Positions 21,201 to 29,424 of a DNA stretch of 64,000 nucleotides are shown here, piece after piece. The first letter of the stretch is position 1. The number at the start of each line of letters is the position of its first letter. The DNA is from Clostridia bacterium (lineage in GTDB: Bacteria; Bacillota; Clostridia; Christensenellales; UBA1242): positions 131,690 through 195,689 of the forward strand of contig JAZSRL010000006.1 in the NCBI GenBank assembly GCA_045538455.1, in the 5' to 3' direction. The notes below the pieces were generated by a model. It ran no database searches, had not been told where the DNA came from, and saw only the letters and a program-made list of their open reading frames with translations. The translations under genes were made by a program, and so were the position numbers.

Positions 21201-21932
21201 TTCTTCGCCACCTTCATTTGATTTATCAATTGTTGCTTTCAAAACTGGATGATGAGCAAACATTTCCAATAATTCAGCATCGCTACCAATGCCCAAAGCA
21301 CGCAAGAAAGTAATCAAGTTTACCTTATTAGCCTTGTTTGGACTAACAGTAATAATATTGTTAACATCCTTGGTCATTTCAATATAAGCACCATGTGTTG
21401 GACTCATAGTACATTCAATAATGTTTCTGCCAGTTTTATGGTCTTTCGATTGATTGAAATACACACTAGGACTTTTAATAATTTGGTTAACAATAACACG
21501 AGCTACACCATTAACGATAAAATAACCACTGTCGGTCATTTGTGGAACATCACCCAAGAATACATCTTGTTCGATTACTTCGTTAGTTTTGTGACCTTCT
21601 GCGTCTTCTTTGAAAACCACGCGAACTTTAACGCGTAATGGTTTTACATACATTTGACCACGGCGCAAGCATTCCGCTTCGCTATACTTAGCGTCATCGC
21701 TAATGTAATAATCCAAGAAGTACACTTCGCACTTACCTGAATAGTCAGTAATTGGATTAAATTCATCCAATACTTCGCGAATTCCTTTTTCTAAGAAACG
21801 CTTAAAACTCTCCTTTTGAATGTCTAAAAGATATGGGACAGACAACAATTCCGGAACCTTACGAAATGTCATACGCTCCGTTTTTCCATAGGTGTCCTTA
21901 AAAAGTCCCGTCTTTTTAAGATTAACAGCCAT
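18210..21932 (-). CDS. rpoB: DNA-directed RNA polymerase subunit beta
   Basis: Rif-cluster region '[29 protein letters not shown]', plus '[14 protein letters not shown]'. The protein is 1240 aa with an acidic C-terminal tail. Confidence 0.97.
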   Translation of the reverse strand: MAVNLKKTGLFKDTYGKTERMTFRKVPELLSVPYLLDIQKESFKRFLEKGIREVLDEFNPITDYSGKCEVYFLDYYISDDAKYSEAECLRRGQMYVKPLRVKVRVVFKEDAEGHKTNEVIEQDVFLGDVPQMTDSGYFIVNGVARVIVNQIIKSPSVYFNQSKDHKTGRNIIECTMSPTHGAYIEMTKDVNNIITVSPNKANKVNLITFLRALGIGSDAELLEMFAHHPVLKATIDKSNEGGEEISKEKALLELSRKMRPSELPNADVMESGLNNMFFTFPNYDLAVVGRYKFNKKLCISTRILKHIAAEDIKINGKVVVPHDTEIDKQMADKIQNAGINVVTIKNELGDAVQVIGNNRVNVNAYLDCTEFDTGIKELVHYPTLLKVLEGKTTKAEKIKAVKENAKDLVMRHLHRDDIIASVSYLLNMSDGVGYEDNIDHLGNRRLNTVGDLMARHFKDGMLKLRNNMRETMQTMEINSKAINPLNIINAKAITRSLRDFCAVSQLSHVMDTNNPLTEITQKRKITAVGPGGIVKERATSEVRDLHYTHNSRLCAVETPEGQSIGLVNSLAMYARINEYGFITAPLRRVDKATGKVTDIVDYLTADEEDAFYVAQGTEPLTEDGRLAREFVTCRHRDVVLDMPRESVDYVDASPRQFISLATALIPFLNNDDTGRALLGSNMQRQAVSLIRTEAPLVATGLEYRAALDSNVMLTAKANGTVVSVTADQIVIERDDNHEHDFYKLTKFTRYNEEACINQKPIVRKGDKVKAGEVITDGYATNNGELAIGKNMCVAYMNWEGYNFEDAILISERVVKEDKFTSIALHLKECKVRTTKLGDEEITRDIPNLSEDALANLDERGIVRVGSFVRTGDILVGKVTPKGESELTPEERLLRAIFGEKSREVRDASLRVENGKDGVVVAVECFSRKNHDEMDVGVNEVIKVTIAQKRNIKVGDKMTGRHGNKGIVSKILPVEDMPYMADGTPVDIVLNPLGVPSRLNIGQLLEVSLGLVAKTLGWKVATPVFNGANENDIQELLRQNGLPEDGKMQLYDGRTGEPFQNRTTVGYMYMLKLHHMVDTKIHARSTGAYSLVTQQPLGGKAQFGGQRMGEMEVWALEAYGAAHILQEMLTVKSDDVQGRTKTYVAIVNGTKLPEPGIPEASKVMIRELQGLGFDVGIYTADKKEVELEKIDTGVDDTEMLANNDAENQEAEEAEIKFDEELIEEPAEKDLEMFDIENLFEE

Positions 21933-22007
21933 CTTTACCTTCCTTATAATATATTTTTTTGCCGGGCTTTATTTCAATCCGCCCAGTCAAAATTACACAG
22001 TAGCTAA

Positions 22008-22036
22008 AAAATACCACAATTCAAAAGGAATGTCAA
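22008..22036 (-). promoter_or_regulatory. Candidate rpoB promoter
   Basis: Minus strand: TTGACA (22036-22031), N17, TGgTATTTT (-10 at 22013-22008). A leader of roughly 70 nt follows, ending in SD AAGGAAGG. Confidence 0.5.
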
Positions 22037-22102
22037 ATGGTTTTCTAAAATTAGAATTACTAATTAAGTATTGACACAGCAAGTAAAAATTCAACAAATT
22101 GG

Positions 22103-25100
22103 TTAAACTCCGCGGTTATACGCTTCGTCTTTTGGCAAGTAGCCTGTATTAATCGTCCCTTCATCTATTTTATTACCGAGACTATTGCTTGGCACATAAG
22201 TTATATCAATATCATCTAAATCAACAATTTCCCCATTTCCAATGGAAACATCATCTATATGTGGCGGAACCACAGCAACATCGTTATTTTTTCCACTTTC
22301 CGAATTGCCTACCGAGACATCTTTCATATTTAACGCGCTAAGTTTTGTTTCTGTTTCAACTTGAGTTTGAGATTGAGATTGAGATGCACTTGGTTCAGTT
22401 GCAGCACCGCTTGTGCTTGAATTTTCATTTGTTGCACTTTCAATACCGCTGGTATCTGCGCTTGCACCCGCGTTAGGCCTAATTAAATCACCGGTTTGAT
22501 CAATGTTTATTAACGCCTTTTGAATTGCGTCTACATCAGCATCAGTAAGTGTACCATTGCATAAATTTTTAAGCGCTTCTTGATAGCCAGCACCTTCACA
22601 TTCACCCGCCGCTTCAAAACGAGCCGCACTACCCAATTTACGCAGAACACCCATTGGATCTTCAACACCTGCATGCTCCAACAAATCAACAGCCTTAGCT
22701 TGTTCCGCATGAGTATACCAATCCTGTTTTACACCGTCAACATATTGACGATGATTGTTTACATCAGCTGTTTTACGAGCCGCATCGGTTAATTCGATTT
22801 TATCATTCAGAGCGTCCAACTCAGCTAAGCTTTCCGGGCTAAGCTCTCTAAGCATATCATTTTGATAACTTAGGTTGTAATTATCTTGAACAGCTCTATA
22901 GCTGCGGTAGCTGCGGTTTTTTTCATAAGTGTCCATTAATTCTTCATTATTACATAAATCTTGATATTCTTGATATCTTTTGTGATAATTTTTTTGAACA
23001 TCTTCATAGGTGCGGTTATCTTCATATATAAATTGCGTATCATCTGAAACAACTGGACTTTCCGCAGGACTTTCCGATTGACGATTAAAGATACCCTTAA
23101 ACTTATCACCAAGATTTCTAAGTTTATCACCAACATCAATAGTCGAGTCATCCCCAAACATTTCTCCAATTTTAGCACCGCCCCAGGCACCAATTTTAGC
23201 ACCGTACTTGGCACCAAGTTGACCGCCGGCAAACATTGCACCCGCCTTTCCTGCCGCATGAAGAGCGGCGCCCCAACGTTCTTTTCTATTTATGCTTTTA
23301 AAATTTTGCCCAAAGACTTTAGCTTTATTTTTTAATCCTTTTAAACCCTTTTCTACAGTTTGATTTTGTGATTGGTTGCGTTGTTTTGCGGCCGTGCGAT
23401 TTACATCATCATACCATGTTTTAACAAACACCCAAACAGCACTAACAGCACGAGCTTTTGACCCCAACACAGCATAAGTTAGTGATGTACCTAAATATGG
23501 TAAAGATTTGAGAACCATTGCGCCCGCAACTCTTCTGGCGATTTTTTTAACATCTGAAGATTTCAAATCGGAATTTTTTGATGCCTTTGCTTTTTCTTTT
23601 TTATAGGTAGACCACGCAACACGCCCCACATTAGCCACAGCCACAAAGGGAGCAAAAAATTCACCTATACCAATAGCTCTTAAAGCACTAAACACCCCAG
23701 CACCAGTCACTGACATACCAAGAGTTGTAATTACATCAGTAACTGGGTTAAACTTTTTTCCTTTATTTGCCGGTTGTTCCGCAATTTGAAGCATTTTTCC
23801 ATCTGCACCCTTTTCAATAATGCCCTTATCTGTTAAAGCTTTAAGCACAAGATTTTCGTTTGCAACCATACCTACAAAAAGCGCCTCTTTATCACCAGGT
23901 TTTTTAGCGCCTTTAGCGGCATATAATTGTTCTTTTTTTGCAATCGCATCTTCCCCATACAAAAGAGAATAAAGTCCATCAAGTTTTTGTACATTTTGGG
24001 TATAACCATAGCCAGCGACATTCGATTGAGGTTGTCCGTTAATAATTGCTTCAAGTTTTTTTTGAAAATCTGGGTCTTGATCTTTTAATTCTTTGACAGA
24101 ATTTGAAAATTCTTGAAAGCTTTCAACTTGTTTATCAATTTTTTCAAGAAAATCTTCTTTTTTTTCTTCAGGCACAATAGCATCAATTACTTTTTTCAAG
24201 CTTTCTTCATGTAATGTAACCAAAACTTCATCATCTAATTTTGACAAGACAGATTTTTTATAAATCCATTTTTTAAATTTGTTTTTCTCTCTACGGTCTT
24301 TTGCGTTGTTTTGCCCAAATTTTTTATAAGCATCACTATCAACCATGTCCGCTACCATATCAAAAGAAACAGTACCAGGATCATTATTAGTTTTATCAAT
24401 GATTAAGCCCACCAATTTTTCATCGGTAAAACTATCTTTGGTTAATAAGTTTATTATTTCATTTTTCAATTCCGCCGCTTGTGGCATATCTGCTTCGGGA
24501 TTCAAACTACGGAAAATATACTTACCAAAATCAATCGAGCACAAAGTATTCCCAAAATCATCATTAAAATAATTGTTTAAAAATTTAGCTCTCAAAGAAT
24601 ATGGGTGTATACCCTTTTTAGCCATTTTGTCAGCTTGGTTAACTGATTCAGTAAGCGCCGCTCCGGATGCATCAACATCTACAAGCTGCTCATTTGCTTG
24701 TTTCATATAATTAGTAAACTGTTCTTCATATTCTGGTCGAGTTAAACCTGATTGACCAGCCAAATACGCTTCCGTAAGCTTTTTCGCCTCTTCAATTTTA
24801 TCTTCGACAGTATGTATTTGAAACAAAGACTCAATAATTTGATTATTAAAACCATCTCTTACATCTTTATAAGAACCAAAATTATTCTCCACTTTTTTAG
24901 TTAGAAGATACACAAAGGCTTGTTCAATCTTATTGATATCATTTGTTAAGTCTTCAATATGATCTAATGGTTTTTTGGAGGTTCCCTTAAAAACAATTTC
25001 TGGTTCAGGCAACATAGCATATTGTGCGTTTACAGTTTGCGGCACATTATCCAATGCATTTAAACTTTCTTGCGGCGGCACATTATCAAATGTATTTAAA

Positions 25101-25522
25101 CTTTCTTGCGGCGACACATTATCAAATGCATTTAAACTTTCTTGCGCTTGCTGTGCATATTGTTCTGCTCTGTTTATTAAATTATCAACATTTTGTTCTC
25201 TTTTCCGTAAACCTGCAGTATCAGCTGGAACCTCATGCAATTCCGCTTCAGCCGAACTAGCAGAATCATTAGCATTCTTGATAAGTGTTTGAATATCAGA
25301 AATCTGTTGATAATTTAATCTTAAAAATTCTTCAAGACTTTCAGGTGATAAAGTGTCTCTCAACGAATTAATACGATTACTTAAACTTCTTTCAACATTC
25401 TCAATGCGTTTAGAAACATTATCAAGTCTATCGCTTGGTGTTTGATAGTTCTTGATTTTTTCATGTTCTGCTAAGAAAGCATCTAATTCTTCTTGAGTAA
25501 TATCTATGTTGTTTTCCGCCAT
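22103..25522 (-). CDS. Orphan ~1,139-aa coiled-coil, membrane-embedded, glycine-zipper protein
   Basis: Start taken at ATG 25522 (MAENNIDI...); the track start is a TTG inside the promoter. No N-terminal signal peptide. The N-terminal half is long, helical and charged. Central hydrophobic hairpins include 'VITTLGMSVTGAGVFSALRAIGIGEFFAPFVAVANVG' and 'VAGAMVLKSLPYLGTSLTYAVLG'. A glycine zipper reads 'AALHAAGKAGAMFAGGQLGAKYGAKIGAWGGAKIGEMFG'. The tail is Ser/Thr/Gln-rich. Confidence 0.7.
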   Translation of the reverse strand: MAENNIDITQEELDAFLAEHEKIKNYQTPSDRLDNVSKRIENVERSLSNRINSLRDTLSPESLEEFLRLNYQQISDIQTLIKNANDSASSAEAELHEVPADTAGLRKREQNVDNLINRAEQYAQQAQESLNAFDNVSPQESLNTFDNVPPQESLNALDNVPQTVNAQYAMLPEPEIVFKGTSKKPLDHIEDLTNDINKIEQAFVYLLTKKVENNFGSYKDVRDGFNNQIIESLFQIHTVEDKIEEAKKLTEAYLAGQSGLTRPEYEEQFTNYMKQANEQLVDVDASGAALTESVNQADKMAKKGIHPYSLRAKFLNNYFNDDFGNTLCSIDFGKYIFRSLNPEADMPQAAELKNEIINLLTKDSFTDEKLVGLIIDKTNNDPGTVSFDMVADMVDSDAYKKFGQNNAKDRREKNKFKKWIYKKSVLSKLDDEVLVTLHEESLKKVIDAIVPEEKKEDFLEKIDKQVESFQEFSNSVKELKDQDPDFQKKLEAIINGQPQSNVAGYGYTQNVQKLDGLYSLLYGEDAIAKKEQLYAAKGAKKPGDKEALFVGMVANENLVLKALTDKGIIEKGADGKMLQIAEQPANKGKKFNPVTDVITTLGMSVTGAGVFSALRAIGIGEFFAPFVAVANVGRVAWSTYKKEKAKASKNSDLKSSDVKKIARRVAGAMVLKSLPYLGTSLTYAVLGSKARAVSAVWVFVKTWYDDVNRTAAKQRNQSQNQTVEKGLKGLKNKAKVFGQNFKSINRKERWGAALHAAGKAGAMFAGGQLGAKYGAKIGAWGGAKIGEMFGDDSTIDVGDKLRNLGDKFKGIFNRQSESPAESPVVSDDTQFIYEDNRTYEDVQKNYHKRYQEYQDLCNNEELMDTYEKNRSYRSYRAVQDNYNLSYQNDMLRELSPESLAELDALNDKIELTDAARKTADVNNHRQYVDGVKQDWYTHAEQAKAVDLLEHAGVEDPMGVLRKLGSAARFEAAGECEGAGYQEALKNLCNGTLTDADVDAIQKALINIDQTGDLIRPNAGASADTSGIESATNENSSTSGAATEPSASQSQSQTQVETETKLSALNMKDVSVGNSESGKNNDVAVVPPHIDDVSIGNGEIVDLDDIDITYVPSNSLGNKIDEGTINTGYLPKDEAYNRGV
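25041..25148 (-). repeat. 3 x 36-bp in-frame tandem repeat inside the orphan gene
   Basis: Units at 25041-25076, 25077-25112 and 25113-25148 encode QESLNAFDNVSP / QESLNTFDNVPP / QESLNALDNVPQ. Confidence 0.9.
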
Positions 25523-25526
25523 ATTG

Positions 25527-25558
25527 TATTGTACAATAAGCGACAATATTGTACAATA
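25527..25558. promoter_or_regulatory. Two copies of the perfect 12-bp palindrome TATTGTACAATA, overlapping the promoter of the orphan gene
   Basis: Copies lie at 25527-25538 and 25547-25558, 20 bp start to start. On the minus strand they supply TTGTAC (-35-like) and TACAAT (-10, 25533-25528). The ATG at 25522 follows 5 nt after the -10. Confidence 0.5.
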
Positions 25559-25614
25559 CAAATTAGTAATTTTGCTAAAGTTTTTTTAGACTAAATTATT
25601 TAGCGACAATCTAT

Positions 25615-25643
25615 TTGCATTTTAATTTTTTGTGTGTTATAGT
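25615..25643 (+). promoter_or_regulatory. Candidate tRNA-Phe promoter
   Basis: TTGCAT (25615-25620), N17, TATAGT (25638-25643), 11 nt upstream of the tRNA 5' end. Confidence 0.55.
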
Positions 25644-25654
25644 ATGCGTATTAA

Positions 25655-25730
25655 GCCTTCGTAGCTCAGTCGGTAGAGCAAGGGACTGAAAATCCCTGTG
25701 TCCGTGGTTCGATTCCGCGCGAAGGCACCA
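25655..25730 (+). tRNA. tRNA-Phe (anticodon GAA), CCA encoded
   Basis: Cloverleaf folded by hand. Acceptor GCCTTCG/CGAAGGC. Anticodon arm AGGGA-CTGAAAA-TCCCT. T arm CGTGG-TTCGATT-CCGCG. 76 nt. Confidence 0.95.
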
Positions 25731-25736
25731 AACAAG

Positions 25737-25763
25737 AAGCCCTGCTCCGTGCGGGGCTTTTTT
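25737..25763 (+). terminator. Terminator after tRNA-Phe, also abutting the spmB stop codon
   Basis: A 9-bp stem AAGCCCTGC / GCGGGGCTT with a 5-nt loop, followed by a T-run. Confidence 0.7.
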
Positions 25764-26268
25764 AAAAAACACGACAAACCAAAGCAGCCAAAACAGCAGC
25801 CAGAAAAGTACAAAATAGTGCGATAGGAATGGCACAGCCAAGTTTTCTAATCTTGGTTTTTGAGAAGTAAATCGTTGCTATATAGAAGACTGTATCACTA
25901 CTTCCCGCGATGATGCTGGCAACCCTGGCGATGTAACTGTCGGGGCCATAAGCAGCGATAATATCATTATAGAGTGCAATAGAACCTGCACCGCTGAAAG
26001 GTTTTAAGAAAACAAAATGCGCAAGTTCACTGGGGACACCAAGCAAGTGAAACACGGGAGCCATAAGATCACAAAGCACGCGCAAAAGTCCAGATGCCTC
26101 AAACAATTTCACCGCTACAAGAATGGCAACAATGTATGGTAAAATATCAAAGATAAGCGCAATGGCGTCTTTAGCGCCCTTTACAAAGCCACTGTAAGCG
26201 TCTGTATGTTTGATACAAGCATATACAAAAATAAATATTATAAAGATAGGTATTATATAAAGAGCCAT
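25762..26268 (-). CDS. spmB: Spore-maturation-protein-B-like nucleoside-recognition (Gate) domain membrane protein
   Basis: A polytopic membrane protein whose N-terminus 'MALYIIPIFIIFIFVYACIK...FVKGAKDA' resembles SpmB, from memory. It is paired with the upstream SpmA-like gene through a 1-nt overlap. Confidence 0.65.
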   Translation of the reverse strand: MALYIIPIFIIFIFVYACIKHTDAYSGFVKGAKDAIALIFDILPYIVAILVAVKLFEASGLLRVLCDLMAPVFHLLGVPSELAHFVFLKPFSGAGSIALYNDIIAAYGPDSYIARVASIIAGSSDTVFYIATIYFSKTKIRKLGCAIPIALFCTFLAAVLAALVCRVF

Positions 26269-26840
26269 TACTTAGCTCCTTTTTTATGGCGACCGCAAAA
26301 AATTTTAACTAAGATTACGCCAATAATCGTCGATAATCCAGACACTATCAGAGTTGGCAAAATAATACTAGTTGGATTCGTGCTGCCGTTGGCTTGCAAG
26401 ATGCCAATGACCGTTGTCGGGATAATTTGCAAGGAAGTTGCAGCTAAAATAAACAACATAATCATGGGCGGCGAAGCTTTGGTTTGCTCCGGCTCTGCCA
26501 TACATTCAATGGCATTAATAGCCGCAGGAGTAGCTGCCCCAGATGCACCAATTAAGTTAGCGGCAATATTAGTCGCCAGGTGTGAATTAACTTCTTCGGT
26601 TTGATTACCAAAAAGAAATTTAATTGGCTTTTTTAATAATTTGGATATTTTATCAATTAGACCCGAGCGTGTTGCAATTTCAACGATTGCCATCCAAAAG
26701 ATATAAATGCCTGCCAAGGTCAAAGCCAATGACAAAGAATCCATAACGGCGTCCAAGGCAGTCGATAAAATTGCGCTAGGATTTTGAAACAAAAGCCAGA
26801 CACAGGAAGCAATCATCATCACAAAAAAAATTGCTGTCAT
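26268..26840 (-). CDS. spmA: Spore-maturation-protein-A-like nucleoside-recognition domain membrane protein
   Basis: A polytopic membrane protein. 'ALTLAGIYIFWMAIVEIATRSGLIDKISKLLKP' resembles SpmA, from memory. Confidence 0.65.
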   Translation of the reverse strand: MTAIFFVMMIASCVWLLFQNPSAILSTALDAVMDSLSLALTLAGIYIFWMAIVEIATRSGLIDKISKLLKKPIKFLFGNQTEEVNSHLATNIAANLIGASGAATPAAINAIECMAEPEQTKASPPMIMLFILAATSLQIIPTTVIGILQANGSTNPTSIILPTLIVSGLSTIIGVILVKIFCGRHKKGAK

Positions 26841-26872
26841 TTTCCATGAATATGCTTTACAATGTTTTACTT

Positions 26873-27541
26873 ATGAAATTATATGCAATTGAAGGAACGG
26901 ACGGATCTGGTAAAAAAACTCAAATAAAAAAATTATATGATTACTTTAAAGGGAAAGGGGCCGATGTTCATGTGGTATCTTTCCCTGATTACGACAGTCC
27001 AAGTTCGGGACCAATCAAAATGTACCTTTCTGGTGAATTTGGTGACGACCCAAATGTGTTAGATGCGTATCAAGCTAGCACTTTATATGCGGCTGATCGC
27101 ATTTGTAAAATGACCAAATTATTGCGCAAATTAAAACCGGATTCAATCATATTATTTGACCGTTATGTACAATCAAATATGTTACACCAAGCTGGTAAAA
27201 TTCAAGGTCGCAAAGAACGCGAAACTTTTATCCGCTGGGTCGATGATTTTGAATTTAATGTTTTAAAACTACCCCGTACTGACAAAGTTATCTTTATTGA
27301 TTTACCCGCTTCAAAAGCGATGGAATTGATTAACAAACGCGGCCAATTAAAAATCGGCGAAGAATTTGACAAAGACATTCACGAAGCGAACATGAATCAT
27401 TTAATCAATGCCTACAATGCCGGAGTCGAGGCTAGTGAAGTTTTCGGTTGGTCAAAAATCCAATGTTTAAATGAATTTGACGAAATCTTAACACCAGACG
27501 AAATTCACGAAAAAATTAAAAAAGCATTGGAGCTTGAATGA
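26873..27541 (+). CDS. tmk: Thymidylate (dTMP) kinase
   Basis: P-loop 'EGTDGSGKKTQ' and 'FPDYDSPSSGPIKMYLSGEFG'. I moved the start to ATG 26873 (MKLYAIEG). Synteny with holB follows. Confidence 0.75.
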   Translation: MKLYAIEGTDGSGKKTQIKKLYDYFKGKGADVHVVSFPDYDSPSSGPIKMYLSGEFGDDPNVLDAYQASTLYAADRICKMTKLLRKLKPDSIILFDRYVQSNMLHQAGKIQGRKERETFIRWVDDFEFNVLKLPRTDKVIFIDLPASKAMELINKRGQLKIGEEFDKDIHEANMNHLINAYNAGVEASEVFGWSKIQCLNEFDEILTPDEIHEKIKKALELE

Positions 27542-28194
27542 ATTATTTAATTATTACTAACGATCCAGTTAGCACCGAAAAAGCTGTTTTAGAACATGCA
27601 AAGACATATAATCCAAGCGATGTATTTTGGGTAAAAAAATCTGAAGACAAAAAAGAAATCACAGTTGATGTAATCAATAACATGATTGACCAATTCAATT
27701 TAGCATCGGTCTCTGGTAAAAAGTTATTTATTGTTTTTCAAGCAGAATTAATGAACAGTAACGCCCAAAACAAGTTATTAAAAACCATTGAAGAAGCCAC
27801 TGACACAACCGTGCTTTTCTTGTGTCAAAATTTAGACCGTATTTTATCAACCATTCGCAGTCGCTGTATTATCCATTATCACAATACTCATGATAACCAA
27901 ACATTAAAATTAATGGCGGCAAACAATCCGGATTATACTGCGATCACCAGCGCTGCTCGACAATTAATTAATGCAACCAGAATTGAAACCGCAATGAATT
28001 ATTTACCTGTTTTGGCGAAACCAGAAAACTTAACACTTGCACTAGATGCGCTTAATCGCGAACTTGCAACAGCTGAATTATCAACAAACAAGAAACTTGC
28101 TGCTTATCATGCGTTAGCAAAAATTCAAAGAAACATAGCTTCAAATTGCAATGCGACAAATGCATTTGATTTGCTATTAATCGCATTATTTTAA
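27538..28194 (+). CDS. holB: DNA polymerase III delta' subunit-like protein (short)
   Basis: 'NAQNKLLKTIEE' and 'LSTIRSRC' clamp-loader motifs; ATGA overlap with tmk. It is only 218 aa with no P-loop. Confidence 0.6.
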   Translation: MNYLIITNDPVSTEKAVLEHAKTYNPSDVFWVKKSEDKKEITVDVINNMIDQFNLASVSGKKLFIVFQAELMNSNAQNKLLKTIEEATDTTVLFLCQNLDRILSTIRSRCIIHYHNTHDNQTLKLMAANNPDYTAITSAARQLINATRIETAMNYLPVLAKPENLTLALDALNRELATAELSTNKKLAAYHALAKIQRNIASNCNATNAFDLLLIALF

Positions 28195-28547
28195 TAAAAA
28201 CAATTTTCCAGAAATTCAATTTGTCCATCGGTAATTTCGATGACATCAAACGAGACAAGACAATCGTTTTCTAAACCATTTTGCAATAAAAAATATTTTG
28301 CTGTTTGGCGAATGTGCCGCTGTTTATTTGCATTAACGGCATAGCGACCCGGCACTAAATCACGAGAACGGTTTTTTACTTCAATAAAATGTAAGGCTTC
28401 ACCCTGCCGCGCAATGATATCGATTTCACCAAAACGACAACGGTAATTGCGTTTTATAATTTTAAAATTTTGTTCACGACAAAAGCGGCTCGCAATGTCT
28501 TCACCATATTCACCGAACTCTTGATTGAAAGTTTGTTTACCCGTCAT
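28191..28547 (-). CDS. yraN: YraN-family (UPF0102) endonuclease-like protein
   Basis: 'GEDIASRF...YRCRFGEIDIIARQGEALHFIEVKNR' is the characteristic YraN core. Confidence 0.75.
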   Translation of the reverse strand: MTGKQTFNQEFGEYGEDIASRFCREQNFKIIKRNYRCRFGEIDIIARQGEALHFIEVKNRSRDLVPGRYAVNANKQRHIRQTAKYFLLQNGLENDCLVSFDVIEITDGQIEFLENCFY

Positions 28548-29386
28548 AGCAATTCGTCCAAATTAAATTTACCAATCTTTCCTTCGCGATATTCTGTTAA
28601 AATCATTTTTGCCGCGCGCCGAACATCTAAGACCCCACCCCGCAAAATACAGCCACGCTTTTTCGCAATTTCTTCAAAAGAAGTAACACCAAAACGGCTT
28701 AAAACGGCTTCTGGTTGTAATTTAGTTAAATCCGCAAGAAGTGATTGACTTAATGCAATAGTGTCTACTATATCATCTTTAATCGAGCCAACATATGCCA
28801 AATTACGCGCAACTTGTTGATTTGTAAAAGATGGCCACAGTGTTCCTGGAGTATCAAGCAACCAAAGATTATCTGTTATTGATACCCATTGTTTTGTGCG
28901 CGTTACACCCGGACGATTTCCTGTTTGCGTCTTGCCCTTGTTTGTCATATTATTAATGAATGTTGATTTTCCGCAATTTGTAACGCCAATCACGGCTACA
29001 CGCAAAGTCTTAGTAATCCCATGTGCTAGTTTAGCTTTAATGCGTTCGGCTAACAATTTTTGTAAAGCATTAATAACCGATTGTGTTCCACCACTCTTTA
29101 CAGAATTGCGTGTAATCACATCATACGGGGTTTTTAATTGTAACGATTGAATAAATTTTTCCTTTACACCATTGGGCGCCAAATCGATTTTATTTAAGAC
29201 AAACAAGACCGGTTTACGCCCCACAAAATCATCGAACTGTGGGTTAATACAGGAGCGCGCACAACGCGCATCAACGACATAAACAATTGCATCACAGTTT
29301 TTTAATTCTGCATCAATCATTTTTAAAGTTTGGGCCATGTGTCCTGGGAACCAGTTGATATTAACTTTTGACATTGGGTTTTCCAT
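28544..29386 (-). CDS. rbgA: Ribosome biogenesis GTPase A (YlqF/RbgA)
   Basis: 'INWFPGHM', circularly permuted G motifs 'LNKIDL' then 'GVTNCGKSTFIN', and 'DTPG'. Confidence 0.85.
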   Translation of the reverse strand: MENPMSKVNINWFPGHMAQTLKMIDAELKNCDAIVYVVDARCARSCINPQFDDFVGRKPVLFVLNKIDLAPNGVKEKFIQSLQLKTPYDVITRNSVKSGGTQSVINALQKLLAERIKAKLAHGITKTLRVAVIGVTNCGKSTFINNMTNKGKTQTGNRPGVTRTKQWVSITDNLWLLDTPGTLWPSFTNQQVARNLAYVGSIKDDIVDTIALSQSLLADLTKLQPEAVLSRFGVTSFEEIAKKRGCILRGGVLDVRRAAKMILTEYREGKIGKFNLDELL

Positions 29387-29424
29387 CTTTGTATGATATC
29401 ACAAATATTAAAAATAGAAATCTA

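Noticed and set aside
21933-22007. A possible attenuator or terminator hairpin (UGGGC...GCCCG) in the rpoB leader
   Set aside because: The stem is only 5 bp with a 12-nt loop and is followed by an A-run, not a U-run, so it is not convincing.
25523-25561. The TTG-initiated 13-codon extension (MYCTILSLIVQYN) of the orphan gene. Analogous TTG/GTG extensions occur at rplU (63875-63910), rplM (43972-43980), rpmE (38726-38761), thrS (34716-34769), pgsA (60182-60256) and tmk (26831-26872).
   Set aside because: For the orphan gene, rplU, rplM, rpmE and thrS the extensions are made of the promoter hexamers themselves. For pgsA the extension precedes the SD that serves the internal ATG. For tmk it simply precedes the conserved protein N-terminus. 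In every case the conserved N-terminus begins at the internal ATG.
22103-25730. The orphan gene as a tRNA-Phe-linked integrated island
   Set aside because: I saw no integrase or recombinase, no duplicated tRNA 3' segment or other flanking direct repeat, and no phage or plasmid genes. Only one gene lies between rpoB and the tRNA.
25611-25841. A 76-aa minus-strand ORF spanning the tRNA-Phe gene
   Set aside because: It overlaps the tRNA, its terminator and the spmB 3' end. It is a translation artefact.
26206-26604. A 132-aa plus-strand ORF
   Set aside because: It is antisense to the spmA/spmB membrane-protein genes. Its hydrophobic translation is the mirror of TM-coding sequence.
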